Below are positions 1 through 7,695 of a stretch of DNA of 12,782 nucleotides, piece after piece (the stretch's first letter is position 1; each line of letters begins with the position of its first letter). The position numbers were made by a program, and so were the translations under genes. The stretch lies in IMG/VR virus record IMGVR_UViG_3300020721_000006. One strand, written 5' to 3'. Below the pieces are notes generated by a model. It made no database searches, was not told the origin of the DNA, and was given only the letters and a program-made list of their open reading frames with translations. This DNA comes from a virus (lineage: Duplodnaviria; Heunggongvirae; Uroviricota; Caudoviricetes).

Positions 1-2
1 AT

Positions 3-68
3 GTTACGGTAAGGTGGTGTATATCGAGAGAAGCTGATGTTAATTGGTTTGTTTTGAGGTGGTCATGA
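3..68 (+). CDS. Array A gene A0, 3' end only (...EADVNWFVLRWS)
   Basis: Read manually; TGA 66-68 overlaps ATG 65; truncated by window edge. Confidence 0.75.
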   Translation, partial: VTVRWCISREADVNWFVLRWS

Positions 69-256
69 AAACATTTTATATGGAAGATTTTCCAAGAGTA
101 GTAGAGGCTGCTTCCAGTCTTGGTTATGCTGAATTTTTAAGAAGAGATGGATTTAAAACTACAGAATATATTGGTAATAAGTTTGAAGTTAGTTATTGTC
201 CATCACATTGTATGAGTGAAGAAGAATATACTTGGTTTGTTTTGAGGTGGTCATGA
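65..256 (+). CDS. A1, 63 aa WFxLRWS-tail protein (D[FY]PKF/GYK subfamily)
   Basis: ATG in ATGA after GAGGTG; ends SEEEYTWFVLRWS. Confidence 0.85.
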   Translation: MKTFYMEDFPRVVEAASSLGYAEFLRRDGFKTTEYIGNKFEVSYCPSHCMSEEEYTWFVLRWS

Positions 257-495
257 AAGAACGTGAAATCAAATTAGGGGGTAGGTGGCATAGTTGTCCA
301 CGTTGTTGGCAGAATTTTATTATAGCATTGGATTTCCATGATGATGAATCTGACATTCAGAGAGATAGTAAAATACGAAAAGAGTTATTAAAGTTTAATG
401 CTAAAAGAATTGGTGATTTTAGAAGTGATGACGGTACAACAATACTATTTAAAACCCCAGTAGATAAGACTTGGTTTATATTGAGGTGGTCATGA
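253..495 (+). CDS. A2, 80 aa WFxLRWS-tail protein (paralogue of A33)
   Basis: ATGA-coupled; ends TPVDKTWFILRWS. Confidence 0.85.
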   Translation: MKEREIKLGGRWHSCPRCWQNFIIALDFHDDESDIQRDSKIRKELLKFNAKRIGDFRSDDGTTILFKTPVDKTWFILRWS

Positions 496-692
496 TAGAG
501 ATGATAGGAATAATAGCTAGTGATGATCAGTATTCATATAGAATTGGGTTTAGTGATAGACCTAAAATTCCATTAGAAGTAAGGCAATGGTGTCGAGAAA
601 ATTTTAATGAAGAACGATGCTATGTTGGAACATGGACTATTTGGTTTAAGACCTCTGCTGAGTTAAATTGGTTTATATTGAGGTGGTCATGA
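492..692 (+). CDS. A3, 66 aa WFxLRWS-tail protein (WCxxxF subfamily)
   Basis: ATGA-coupled; QWCRENF, ends NWFILRWS. Confidence 0.85.
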   Translation: MIEMIGIIASDDQYSYRIGFSDRPKIPLEVRQWCRENFNEERCYVGTWTIWFKTSAELNWFILRWS

Positions 693-901
693 ATATACTA
701 GAAATACCATTCTATACAGAATTGGATAAGAAGTTAGAAGAAATGTGGCGTCAAACTGAAGGCACTCCAGATGAATGGATTGATTTTATAAAAGAATTAG
801 ATAAAAATATAATAGGTGTAGAAGATAGAGCACAGAAAATTACTACTATAACATTTAGTAAACCAGAACATATAACTTGGTTCTTATTGAGGTGGTCATG
901 A
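689..901 (+). CDS. A4, 70 aa WFxLRWS-tail protein (paralogue of A14)
   Basis: ATGA-coupled; IPFYTELDKKLEE, ends TWFLLRWS. Confidence 0.85.
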   Translation: MNILEIPFYTELDKKLEEMWRQTEGTPDEWIDFIKELDKNIIGVEDRAQKITTITFSKPEHITWFLLRWS

Positions 902-1149
902 TTGACAAAATTATATTAAAATGTTCTGGGGCACACCGTGATCCACGCAAGGGTGTAGATTATTATATAGTTTCTAGGAGTAATCATTTTTATTGGATGT
1001 ATGATGAACAGCACACCTGGTGTGTAGAAACATTTGGTGAGCGAGGTGATTTTTCATCTAGTGATATATGTAGATGGTATCATAATGGTTCTGTTTTTTA
1101 TTTTTTAAATGAAGAAGATTGTAATTGGTTTATATTGAGGTGGTCATGA
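898..1149 (+). CDS. A5, 83 aa WFxLRWS-tail protein (WCxxxFG subfamily)
   Basis: ATGA-coupled; WCVETFG, ends NWFILRWS. Confidence 0.85.
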   Translation: MIDKIILKCSGAHRDPRKGVDYYIVSRSNHFYWMYDEQHTWCVETFGERGDFSSSDICRWYHNGSVFYFLNEEDCNWFILRWS

Positions 1150-1358
1150 TTGTATCGTGGAGTGATTTACCGTTATCTGTGCAAATGCATTTAGATGATA
1201 TCTCTGGATATACTAACACTAGTATTTTAACAAAAGAATGGATTAGTAATTTAAATGTGTGTTTGGAACCATTCACGGCAACATTTGATTTTGATGATGA
1301 TATTATTTACTTTGACAGTGAAGAATGTTATACTTGGTTTATATTGAGGTGGGCATGA
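1146..1358 (+). CDS. A6, 70 aa WFxLRW-tail protein (paralogue of A22)
   Basis: ATGA-coupled; WSDLP...LEPF, ends TWFILRWA. Confidence 0.85.
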   Translation: MIVSWSDLPLSVQMHLDDISGYTNTSILTKEWISNLNVCLEPFTATFDFDDDIIYFDSEECYTWFILRWA

Positions 1359-1540
1359 AAAGAATAAAGTTTGATACATATGATTTCCCAAAATTCATTG
1401 ATGCAACGGATGATATTATTGGGTGGAATGAATCTTTTATTTCACAAGGGTATAAGACTTATCAAAATGATTATAATAGTTATCCCAGACACAGTTTGAG
1501 TGAAGAAGAATATACTTGGTTTTTATTGAGGTGGTTATGA
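1355..1540 (+). CDS. A7, 61 aa WFxLRW-tail protein (D[FY]PKF/GYK subfamily)
   Basis: ATGA-coupled; ends SEEEYTWFLLRWL. Confidence 0.85.
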   Translation: MKRIKFDTYDFPKFIDATDDIIGWNESFISQGYKTYQNDYNSYPRHSLSEEEYTWFLLRWL

Positions 1541-1748
1541 TCAAAAGAATGAGCGGAAATTGGGTCAGGATTGGTGATAACGACGTTGAAGCAGGTAGAT
1601 GGTTAGAAGATAATATGGATGGAAAATTTGTCCCATATGAACGTTACAGTTGGTGGTATTCTATAGGCACACACTCACACGGTCATCCTATTGTTGTTTT
1701 ATTTCATGATGCTAAAGATATGACATTTTTTTATTGAGGTGGGCATGA
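1537..1748 (+). pseudogene. A8, array A gene with 1-nt deletion in T7 run (1726-1732) that removes the LRW tail
   Basis: Reads ATG ACA TTT TTT TAT TGA (stop 1737); one extra T gives MTFFLLRWA* ending at the ATGA of A9. Confidence 0.7.
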
Positions 1749-1960
1749 CATATAAAGTTAATGTTGATCATCACACCAATAAACCTGTTTGGAGAGCTTA
1801 TGCAAATTCATATGAAGCATTCAAGCACCCACTAGGTCATAAGGCTGGAAAATCATTTTGGGATGCATACATAGCAGAACATAATGTTGAACTAGTTGAT
1901 GGGCATCTTGTTTTTAAAAGTGAAGCACATTTTACTTGGTTTATGTTGAGGTGGTCGTGA
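1745..1960 (+). CDS. A9, 71 aa WFxLRWS-tail protein
   Basis: ATG 1745 after GAGGTG; ends FKSEAHFTWFMLRWS. Confidence 0.85.
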   Translation: MTYKVNVDHHTNKPVWRAYANSYEAFKHPLGHKAGKSFWDAYIAEHNVELVDGHLVFKSEAHFTWFMLRWS

Positions 1961-2154
1961 TTATTAAGGAAGGGTTAGATTATTCAATGAAGTTGTCACC
2001 AAATTTTATAGAATTGAGTTATATCATCGAATGGTGCGATGACAATTTTGGATTTAACAACTGGGATTGGGAGCAAAATGATTATGTTGGGTATTGTACA
2101 TTTTATTTTCAAACAGAAGAATATCGTAATTGGTTTATATTGAGGTGGTCATGA
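1957..2154 (+). CDS. A10, 65 aa WFxLRWS-tail protein (paralogue of A15), GTG start
   Basis: GTGA overlap; IIEWCDDNFGFNNW...GYCTFYF. Confidence 0.85.
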   Translation: MIIKEGLDYSMKLSPNFIELSYIIEWCDDNFGFNNWDWEQNDYVGYCTFYFQTEEYRNWFILRWS

Positions 2155-2336
2155 AGTATGTTAAATTTCAGTTATGGGATTATCCCAAGTTTGCAAAATG
2201 GGGATGTTCTACCAATGATGCTATTACTTGGCCATCTGTTTTTAAGGTAGCAGGGTATAAAACTGCTACATTGGAGTCTGGGTATATAACAATGCGTGAA
2301 GATGAATATACTTGGTTTGTATTGAAATGGTCATGA
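2151..2336 (+). CDS. A11, 61 aa WFxLKWS-tail protein (D[FY]PKF/GYK subfamily)
   Basis: ATGA-coupled; ends EDEYTWFVLKWS. Confidence 0.85.
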   Translation: MKYVKFQLWDYPKFAKWGCSTNDAITWPSVFKVAGYKTATLESGYITMREDEYTWFVLKWS

Positions 2337-2577
2337 AAAAAGTGGATACATTGAGGTATCAGATGGATTTTGTTATTATGCGTGGGTAAATACTGAAATT
2401 TTAGAAGAATCTACCAAATGGGCAACTGAACATTTTGGTAACCCATTACGTCAAGGTAATTATGGTGAACATTACTTGAAAATAGATACAGGTAATTTTC
2501 GATGGAAGTTATTGACGTGTACTTTCTTTTTTAAAACAGAAGCAGATAAAACTTGGTTTATGTTGAGGTGGGCATAA
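2333..2577 (+). pseudogene. A12, array A gene missed by the ORF track, frameshifted in an A6 run just after ATG
   Basis: ATG 2333 frame stops at 2389; one extra A gives an 81-aa MKKSGYIEVSDGF...KWATEHFG...ADKTWFMLRWA* ending TAA 2577. Confidence 0.75.
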
Positions 2578-2787
2578 ATGGTAAAATATATTGGACATAA
2601 CCCACGATGGTGGGTCAAGTATAAGGAAACTACTTATATTGAATATAAGAAATTAGTTCCAGACTGTGGGTTTGAGGAGTGGTTCAAGCGTGATTTAGCC
2701 AAGCAAGGTGTTCATATATTTACGTCCTATATGCTTGAATTTAAATCTGAATCGCATTTTACAATGTTCGTAATGAAATGGTCATGA
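2578..2787 (+). CDS. A13, 69 aa array A protein (ends MFVMKWS)
   Basis: ATG directly after TAA of A12; FKSESHFTMFVMKWS. Confidence 0.85.
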   Translation: MVKYIGHNPRWWVKYKETTYIEYKKLVPDCGFEEWFKRDLAKQGVHIFTSYMLEFKSESHFTMFVMKWS

Positions 2788-3020
2788 ATACATTAAGAAT
2801 CCCATACTATTCAGAATTGGATATTAAGTTAGAAGAATTATGGCAAGAAACACCTGGTCATTGGTGTGATTTTTTATATACTCTTGATGACCATATAACC
2901 AATGTCTATGTTGAAGAAATAAAATTGAATGATGGAAGAAGTATTAGTCCCGAATCAGCGACGTATATAGAATTTTTCAAAGAAGAACATGTAACTTGGT
3001 TCTTATTGAGGTTGGTATGA
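2784..3020 (+). CDS. A14, 78 aa array A protein (paralogue of A4)
   Basis: ATGA-coupled; IPYYSELDIKLEE, ends TWFLLRLV. Confidence 0.85.
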   Translation: MNTLRIPYYSELDIKLEELWQETPGHWCDFLYTLDDHITNVYVEEIKLNDGRSISPESATYIEFFKEEHVTWFLLRLV

Positions 3021-3229
3021 GTGAGATAGACATGACATATAGCGGGTTGGTATACCATACAAAATTATTGTCAATACCTTTTTTAAAACTGTTAGAAATT
3101 ATCGAATGGTGTGATAAACAATTTGGATTTCATAATTGGGAGTGGGTGAGTGATGATCAATATGGTTATTGTACATTTTATTTTAGCCACGAAGAACATA
3201 TAACTTGGTTTTTAATGAGGTGGTCATGA
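3017..3229 (+). CDS. A15, 70 aa array A protein (paralogue of A10)
   Basis: ATGA-coupled; IIEWCDKQFGFHNW...GYCTFYF. Confidence 0.85.
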   Translation: MSEIDMTYSGLVYHTKLLSIPFLKLLEIIEWCDKQFGFHNWEWVSDDQYGYCTFYFSHEEHITWFLMRWS

Positions 3230-3459
3230 GTTATGAAGTAATAATAGATTGGAGTTATGATAAAGAACGCATTAAATGGAGCACTTTTGACAACCATATT
3301 ATAAATCTTTGTGAGGTTTGTGATAATAACTATCTAAAATTATGGGCTAGTGAAATTGAAAAATATGGTGGTAGAGTAATAGAAGAAACTGATCGTATTA
3401 CAAGACTTTATTTTGAAAGTGAAGCACATTATACTTGGTTCTTATTGAGGTGGTCATGA
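3226..3459 (+). CDS. A16, 77 aa WFxLRWS-tail protein
   Basis: ATGA-coupled; ends FESEAHYTWFLLRWS. Confidence 0.85.
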   Translation: MSYEVIIDWSYDKERIKWSTFDNHIINLCEVCDNNYLKLWASEIEKYGGRVIEETDRITRLYFESEAHYTWFLLRWS

Positions 3460-3800
3460 AGAAAATATTATCAATACTTAGAAAAGTAATCCCTACAACT
3501 ATCGCACAAGACATTATAAGTGTTCAACCAATGACTGCACCACTTGGCAGGATTTTTACTGTGTTAGATGGCCGTGTTGGATTTTCAAAGTTTGCATTGG
3601 CCAATAATCAAGATGAATGTTTAAAGTATCCAGGGGAACATTATGCAGTTGATATACGACCAGAAGTTGAGCAATGGTTAGTTGAACAAGGTAATTACAA
3701 TTGGAAATACGCAGAAGAAAATGATGATTTGCACTTTGCATTTACTCGTGTTATAATAACAGCAGAATTGTATACTTGGTTAATAATGAGGTGGTCATGA
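3456..3800 (+). CDS. A17, 114 aa: N-terminal T4 gp23 (major capsid) Gol-like segment fused to an array A domain
   Basis: ILRKVIPTTIAQDIISVQPMTAPLGRIF resembles gp23 MVRRAIPNLIAFDICGVQPMNSPTGQVF (recalled); ends TWLIMRWS. Confidence 0.8.
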   Translation: MKKILSILRKVIPTTIAQDIISVQPMTAPLGRIFTVLDGRVGFSKFALANNQDECLKYPGEHYAVDIRPEVEQWLVEQGNYNWKYAEENDDLHFAFTRVIITAELYTWLIMRWS

Positions 3801-4264
3801 ACTCTATTTGCACAATAGATACGTTAGGTAATAAAGAATGGTTTTTAAATGGCCTTCGACATCGAGAGGATGGCCCTGCAATTGAAAATGTAAATGGCTC
3901 TAAACATTGGTATTTAAATGGCCTTCGACATCGGGCTGATGGACCTTCTTGTGAATGGCCAGATGGTGCTAAACATTGGTTTTTGAATGGCGTGAGACAT
4001 AGACTAGATGGCCCTGCTGTTGAATGGCCAGATGGTGCTAAAGATTGGTATTTACATGGCCGATTACACCGACTAGATGGCCCTGCTCGTGAAAGAGAAA
4101 ATGGTGATAAAGTTTGGTATTTAGATGGCAAATACCACAGACTAGATGGCCCTGCTGTTGAATGGACAAATGGTCATAAAGAATGGTGGTTAAATAACAA
4201 AAAATATACCGAAGAAGAATATATTATGATACAATTTATGAATAGGAAGAACATCTATGCCTGA
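3797..4264 (+). CDS. B1, 155 aa HRxDGPA-repeat protein (5 repeats)
   Basis: Starts at an A-type ATGA junction; 23-aa repeats; ends YTEEEYIMIQFMNRKNIYA. Confidence 0.88.
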   Translation: MNSICTIDTLGNKEWFLNGLRHREDGPAIENVNGSKHWYLNGLRHRADGPSCEWPDGAKHWFLNGVRHRLDGPAVEWPDGAKDWYLHGRLHRLDGPARERENGDKVWYLDGKYHRLDGPAVEWTNGHKEWWLNNKKYTEEEYIMIQFMNRKNIYA

Positions 4265-4520
4265 ACCAATACTAACTGAACTTTCAAATGGTGATAAACA
4301 TTGGTATTTAAATGGAAAACATCATCGAGAAGATGGCCCTGCTGTTGAATTACCAGATGGATATAAATCATGGTATTTAAATGGCCAATTACATAGAACT
4401 GATGGCCCTGCTATTGAATTTCCAACTGGACATAAATCTTGGTATTTAAATGGCAAACATTATACAGAAGAAGAATATGCTCTAATACAATTTATGAATG
4501 GTGTGAATGTATATGCTTAA
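4257..4520 (+). CDS. B2, 87 aa HRxDGPA-repeat protein (2 repeats)
   Basis: MPEP start, YTEEEYALIQFMNG tail. Confidence 0.88.
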   Translation: MPEPILTELSNGDKHWYLNGKHHREDGPAVELPDGYKSWYLNGQLHRTDGPAIEFPTGHKSWYLNGKHYTEEEYALIQFMNGVNVYA

Positions 4521-4884
4521 AGTATGGTCTAATGAATTTGGTCAATATCATCGTCTAGATGGCCCTGCAGTTATGGATGGTGATGGTAATGATTCATGGT
4601 ATTTAAATGACCAATTACATCGAGAAGATGGCCCTGCAGTTATGGATGGTGATGGTAATGATTCATGGTATTTAAATGACCAATTACATCGAGAAGATGG
4701 CCCTGCAGTATTGTATGCTAATGGTTCCAAATTTTGGTATCAGCATGGCCTACGACATCGAGAAGATGGCCCTGCTACTGAATGGGCTAATGGTCGTAAA
4801 AGATGGTTTTTAAATGACAAAGAATATACCGAAGAAGAATATGTTATGATACAATTTATGAATGGAAAGAATATCTATGCCTGA
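4513..4884 (+). CDS. B3, 123 aa HRxDGPA-repeat protein (4 repeats, atypical N-terminus)
   Basis: ATG 4513 gives the standard 8-nt overlap; exact internal 69-bp duplication. Confidence 0.85.
   Translation: MLKVWSNEFGQYHRLDGPAVMDGDGNDSWYLNDQLHREDGPAVMDGDGNDSWYLNDQLHREDGPAVLYANGSKFWYQHGLRHREDGPATEWANGRKRWFLNDKEYTEEEYVMIQFMNGKNIYA
4558..4709 (+). repeat. Exact 69-bp tandem duplication (2.2 copies) within B3
   Basis: 4558-4626 is identical to 4627-4695, and the first 14 nt recur at 4696-4709. Confidence 0.95.
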
Positions 4885-5140
4885 ACCAAAACTAATCGAA
4901 TATGCTAATGGTGATAAACATTGGTGGTTAAATAACCAATTACATCGAGAAGATGGACCAGCTATTGAATATACAGATGGTCATAAAGCATGGTATCTAA
5001 ATGACCTACGACATCGGCTAGATGGCCCAGCTATTGAAACTGCAGATGGACGTAAATATTGGTATTTAAATGGCAAAGAATATACTGAAGAAGAATATGT
5101 TATGATACAATTTATGAATGGAAAGAATATCTATGCCTGA
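4877..5140 (+). CDS. B4, 87 aa HRxDGPA-repeat protein (2 repeats)
   Basis: MPEPKL start, conserved tail. Confidence 0.88.
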   Translation: MPEPKLIEYANGDKHWWLNNQLHREDGPAIEYTDGHKAWYLNDLRHRLDGPAIETADGRKYWYLNGKEYTEEEYVMIQFMNGKNIYA

Positions 5141-5465
5141 ACCAAAACTAACTGAATTTGCAAATGGTACTAAACATTGGTATTTAAATGACAAATTACA
5201 TCGAACTGATGGCCCAGCAGTTGAATGGGCTACTGGTCGTAAAGAATGGTATTTAAATGGAAAATTACATCGAGAAGATGGCCCTGCAGTATTGTATGCT
5301 AATGGTTCCAAATTTTGGTATCTGAATGACGAATTACATCGAGAAGATGGCCCTGCAATTGAACGGCTAAATGGTGATAAAGAATGGTATTTAAATGGCA
5401 AAGAATATACTGAAGAAGTATATGTTATGATACAATTTATGAATAGGAAGAACATCTATGTCTGA
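5133..5465 (+). CDS. B5, 110 aa HRxDGPA-repeat protein (3 repeats)
   Basis: MPEPKL start, conserved tail. Confidence 0.88.
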   Translation: MPEPKLTEFANGTKHWYLNDKLHRTDGPAVEWATGRKEWYLNGKLHREDGPAVLYANGSKFWYLNDELHREDGPAIERLNGDKEWYLNGKEYTEEVYVMIQFMNRKNIYV

Positions 5466-5700
5466 ACCAAAACTAATACAGTGGTTGTTAAATGGAAAAT
5501 ACCACCGAGAAGATGGTCCAGCTATTGAATATCCAGATGGCAGTAAAACATGGTGGTTAAATGGCCGATTACACCGAGAAGATGGTCCTGCTGCTGAATG
5601 GGCAAATGGGTATAAAGAATGGTATTTAAATGACAAACAATATACCGAAGAAGAATATATTATGGTACAATTTATGAATGGGGTGAATATCTATGCCTGA
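5458..5700 (+). CDS. B6, 80 aa HRxDGPA-repeat protein (2 repeats, shortened N-terminus)
   Basis: MSEPKLIQWLLNG lacks the usual EYxNGxK turn. Confidence 0.85.
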   Translation: MSEPKLIQWLLNGKYHREDGPAIEYPDGSKTWWLNGRLHREDGPAAEWANGYKEWYLNDKQYTEEEYIMVQFMNGVNIYA

Positions 5701-5887
5701 ACCAATATTAACTGAATATGCAAATGGTGATAAAAAATGGTCTTTGAATGGCAGATGGCATAGAGAAGATGGTCCAGCTATGGAATATTCAAATGGTACT
5801 AAACAGTGGTTGTTAAATGGAAAATACCACCGAGAAGATGGTCCAGCTATTGAATATCCAGATGGCAGTAAAACATGGTGGTTAAAT
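5478..5887 (+). repeat. Identical 85-bp block shared by B6 (5478-5562) and B7 (5803-5887)
   Basis: Base-by-base comparison. Confidence 0.9.
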
Positions 5888-5956
5888 AACGAACAATATA
5901 CTGAAGAAGTATATGTTATGATACAATTTATGAAAGGTGTGAATATCTATGTCTGA
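5693..5956 (+). CDS. B7, 87 aa HRxDGPA-repeat protein (2 repeats)
   Basis: MPEPIL start, conserved tail. Confidence 0.88.
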   Translation: MPEPILTEYANGDKKWSLNGRWHREDGPAMEYSNGTKQWLLNGKYHREDGPAIEYPDGSKTWWLNNEQYTEEVYVMIQFMKGVNIYV

Positions 5957-6281
5957 ACTAATACTAACTGAATTTGCAAATGGTGAGAAATTTTGGTATT
6001 TAAATGACAAATTACATCGAACTGATGGCCCAGCAGTTGAATGGGCTACTGGTCGTAAAGAATGGTATTTAAATGGAAAATTACATCGAGAAGATGGTCC
6101 AGCATATGAAGGTATATATGGGCGTAAAGTATGGTATTTAAATGGCCTACGACATAGAACAGATGGCCCAGCTGTTGAATACCCAAATGGGTATAAAGAA
6201 TGGTTTTTAAATGACAAAGAATATACCGAAGAAGAATTTGCACTCATACAATTTATGAATGGTAAGAATATCTATGTCTGA
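5949..6281 (+). CDS. B8, 110 aa HRxDGPA-repeat protein (3 repeats)
   Basis: MSELIL start, conserved tail. Confidence 0.88.
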   Translation: MSELILTEFANGEKFWYLNDKLHRTDGPAVEWATGRKEWYLNGKLHREDGPAYEGIYGRKVWYLNGLRHRTDGPAVEYPNGYKEWFLNDKEYTEEEFALIQFMNGKNIYV

Positions 6282-6675
6282 ACCAACACTTATTGAATAT
6301 GCCACTGGTCATAAAGAATGGTTAGTGAATGGAAAATTACACAGACTAGATGGTCCAGCTTGTGAATTTGCAAATGGTGATAGATCGTGGTGGTTGAATG
6401 GCGAACTACATCGACTAGATGGCCCAGCTATTGTATATTCGGATGGTTCTAAAGCCTGGTATTTAAATGGTAATTTGCACAGAGAAGATGGCCCAGCATA
6501 TGAAAGGGATGATGGTCAAAAAGAATGGTGGTTGAATGGCAAATTACATCGAGAAGATGGCCCAGCATATGAAAGGGCTGGTGGTCATAAAGAATGGTAT
6601 TTAAATGGCAAAGAATATACTGAAGAAGAATACGCACTAATACAATTTATGAATGGGAGGAATATCTATGTTTGA
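6274..6675 (+). CDS. B9, 133 aa HRxDGPA-repeat protein (4 repeats)
   Basis: MSEPTL start, conserved tail. Confidence 0.88.
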   Translation: MSEPTLIEYATGHKEWLVNGKLHRLDGPACEFANGDRSWWLNGELHRLDGPAIVYSDGSKAWYLNGNLHREDGPAYERDDGQKEWWLNGKLHREDGPAYERAGGHKEWYLNGKEYTEEEYALIQFMNGRNIYV

Positions 6676-7069
6676 ACCAGAATTATATGTATATTCAAAT
6701 GGTAATAAATTTTGGCGATTAAATGGCCGATTACATCGAGAAGATGGTCCGGCAGTTGAATATGCAAATGGTACTAAACAATGGTTTTTGAATGGAGAAT
6801 TACATAGCCTAGATTGCCCAGCTCGTGAATTTGAAGATGGTTATAAAGATTGGTGGGTAAATGGCAAACGACATCGAGAAAATGGCCCTGCTATTGAAAA
6901 TGCAGGTGGATATAAAGCATGGTATTTAAATGGCAAATTACACCGAGAAGATGGCCCTGCTAGTGAAGATGAAGTTGGTCATAAAGAATGGTATTTAAAT
7001 GGCAAACGGTACACCGAAGAAGAATATGTTATGATACAATTTATGAATGGGAAGAATATCTATGCCTGA
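6668..7069 (+). CDS. B10, 133 aa HRxDGPA-repeat protein (4 repeats)
   Basis: MFEPEL start, conserved tail. Confidence 0.88.
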   Translation: MFEPELYVYSNGNKFWRLNGRLHREDGPAVEYANGTKQWFLNGELHSLDCPAREFEDGYKDWWVNGKRHRENGPAIENAGGYKAWYLNGKLHREDGPASEDEVGHKEWYLNGKRYTEEEYVMIQFMNGKNIYA

Positions 7070-7403
7070 ACCAATACTAACTGAATATGAAGATGTTTCT
7101 AAACGTTGGGTTTTAAACGGCATAATCCATAAAGCATCTGGCCAATCTATTGTATCAGAATTACCAGACGGAACTAAAATATGGTGGTTGGATGGCAAAC
7201 GACATAGAGAAGATGGACCCGCTATTGTATGGGCCAATGGTTCTAAATTTTGGTATTTAAATGACCTTTTAAATAGAGAAGATGGCCCAGCAGTTGAATG
7301 TGCTGATGGTTTTAAACAATGGTGGTTGAATGGCAAAGAATATACCGAAGAAGAATATGTTATGATCCAATTTATGAATGGTAAGAATGTATATGAAGTA
7401 TGA
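7062..7403 (+). CDS. B11, 113 aa HRxDGPA-repeat protein (2 intact plus 1 degenerate repeat)
   Basis: MPEPIL start; tail QFMNGKNVYEV overlaps the A18 start. Confidence 0.85.
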   Translation: MPEPILTEYEDVSKRWVLNGIIHKASGQSIVSELPDGTKIWWLDGKRHREDGPAIVWANGSKFWYLNDLLNREDGPAVECADGFKQWWLNGKEYTEEEYVMIQFMNGKNVYEV

Positions 7404-7695
7404 ACTTATAACAAGAACTCTTAATCCGTTAAGAAACATCTTTTGGTATTGGATACCAGGTACTACAGTATCATGGACATTATCAGGTGAACAGATGTAT
7501 TCACCATTACATTATATTGATTATGTATTCGAAGAAGAAGTAGGGGCATGGCTAACAAATAATGTAGGTAAACAAGGAAGATATTGGGATTGGCGATATA
7601 ACTCTACAGATGAAAATGACCATTATAAAATATCAGTTAAGATTATAAAATCTAGACAACACTGGTGTTCTATGTTATTATTGAGGTGGTCATGA
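7393..7695 (+). CDS. A18, 100 aa array A protein
   Basis: Starts at the B-type junction position; ends MLLLRWS with an A junction. Confidence 0.8.
   Translation: MKYELITRTLNPLRNIFWYWIPGTTVSWTLSGEQMYSPLHYIDYVFEEEVGAWLTNNVGKQGRYWDWRYNSTDENDHYKISVKIIKSRQHWCSMLLLRWS

Larger units (their letters stand above)
5177..6097 (+). repeat. Identical 105-bp block shared by B5 (5177-5281) and B8 (5993-6097)
   Basis: Base-by-base comparison. Confidence 0.9.
4198..7403 (+). repeat. Array B junction repeat (~70 bp, ...ACYGAAGAAGAATAT...ATACAATTTATGAATGGNAAGAATATCTATGYCTGAACC), 11 copies
   Basis: Seen at every B gene end; next ATG overlaps the upstream stop by 8 nt (ATGnnTGA/TAA), 11 nt for the last copy. 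Confidence 0.9.

Noticed and set aside
3556-7336. Minus-strand ORFs with AGPSSRC repeats
   Set aside because: Antisense shadows of the HRxDGPA repeats; no SD or independent signal
3797-7403. Diversity-generating retroelement TR/VR pair
   Set aside because: Shared blocks are identical rather than differing at adenines; no reverse transcriptase seen
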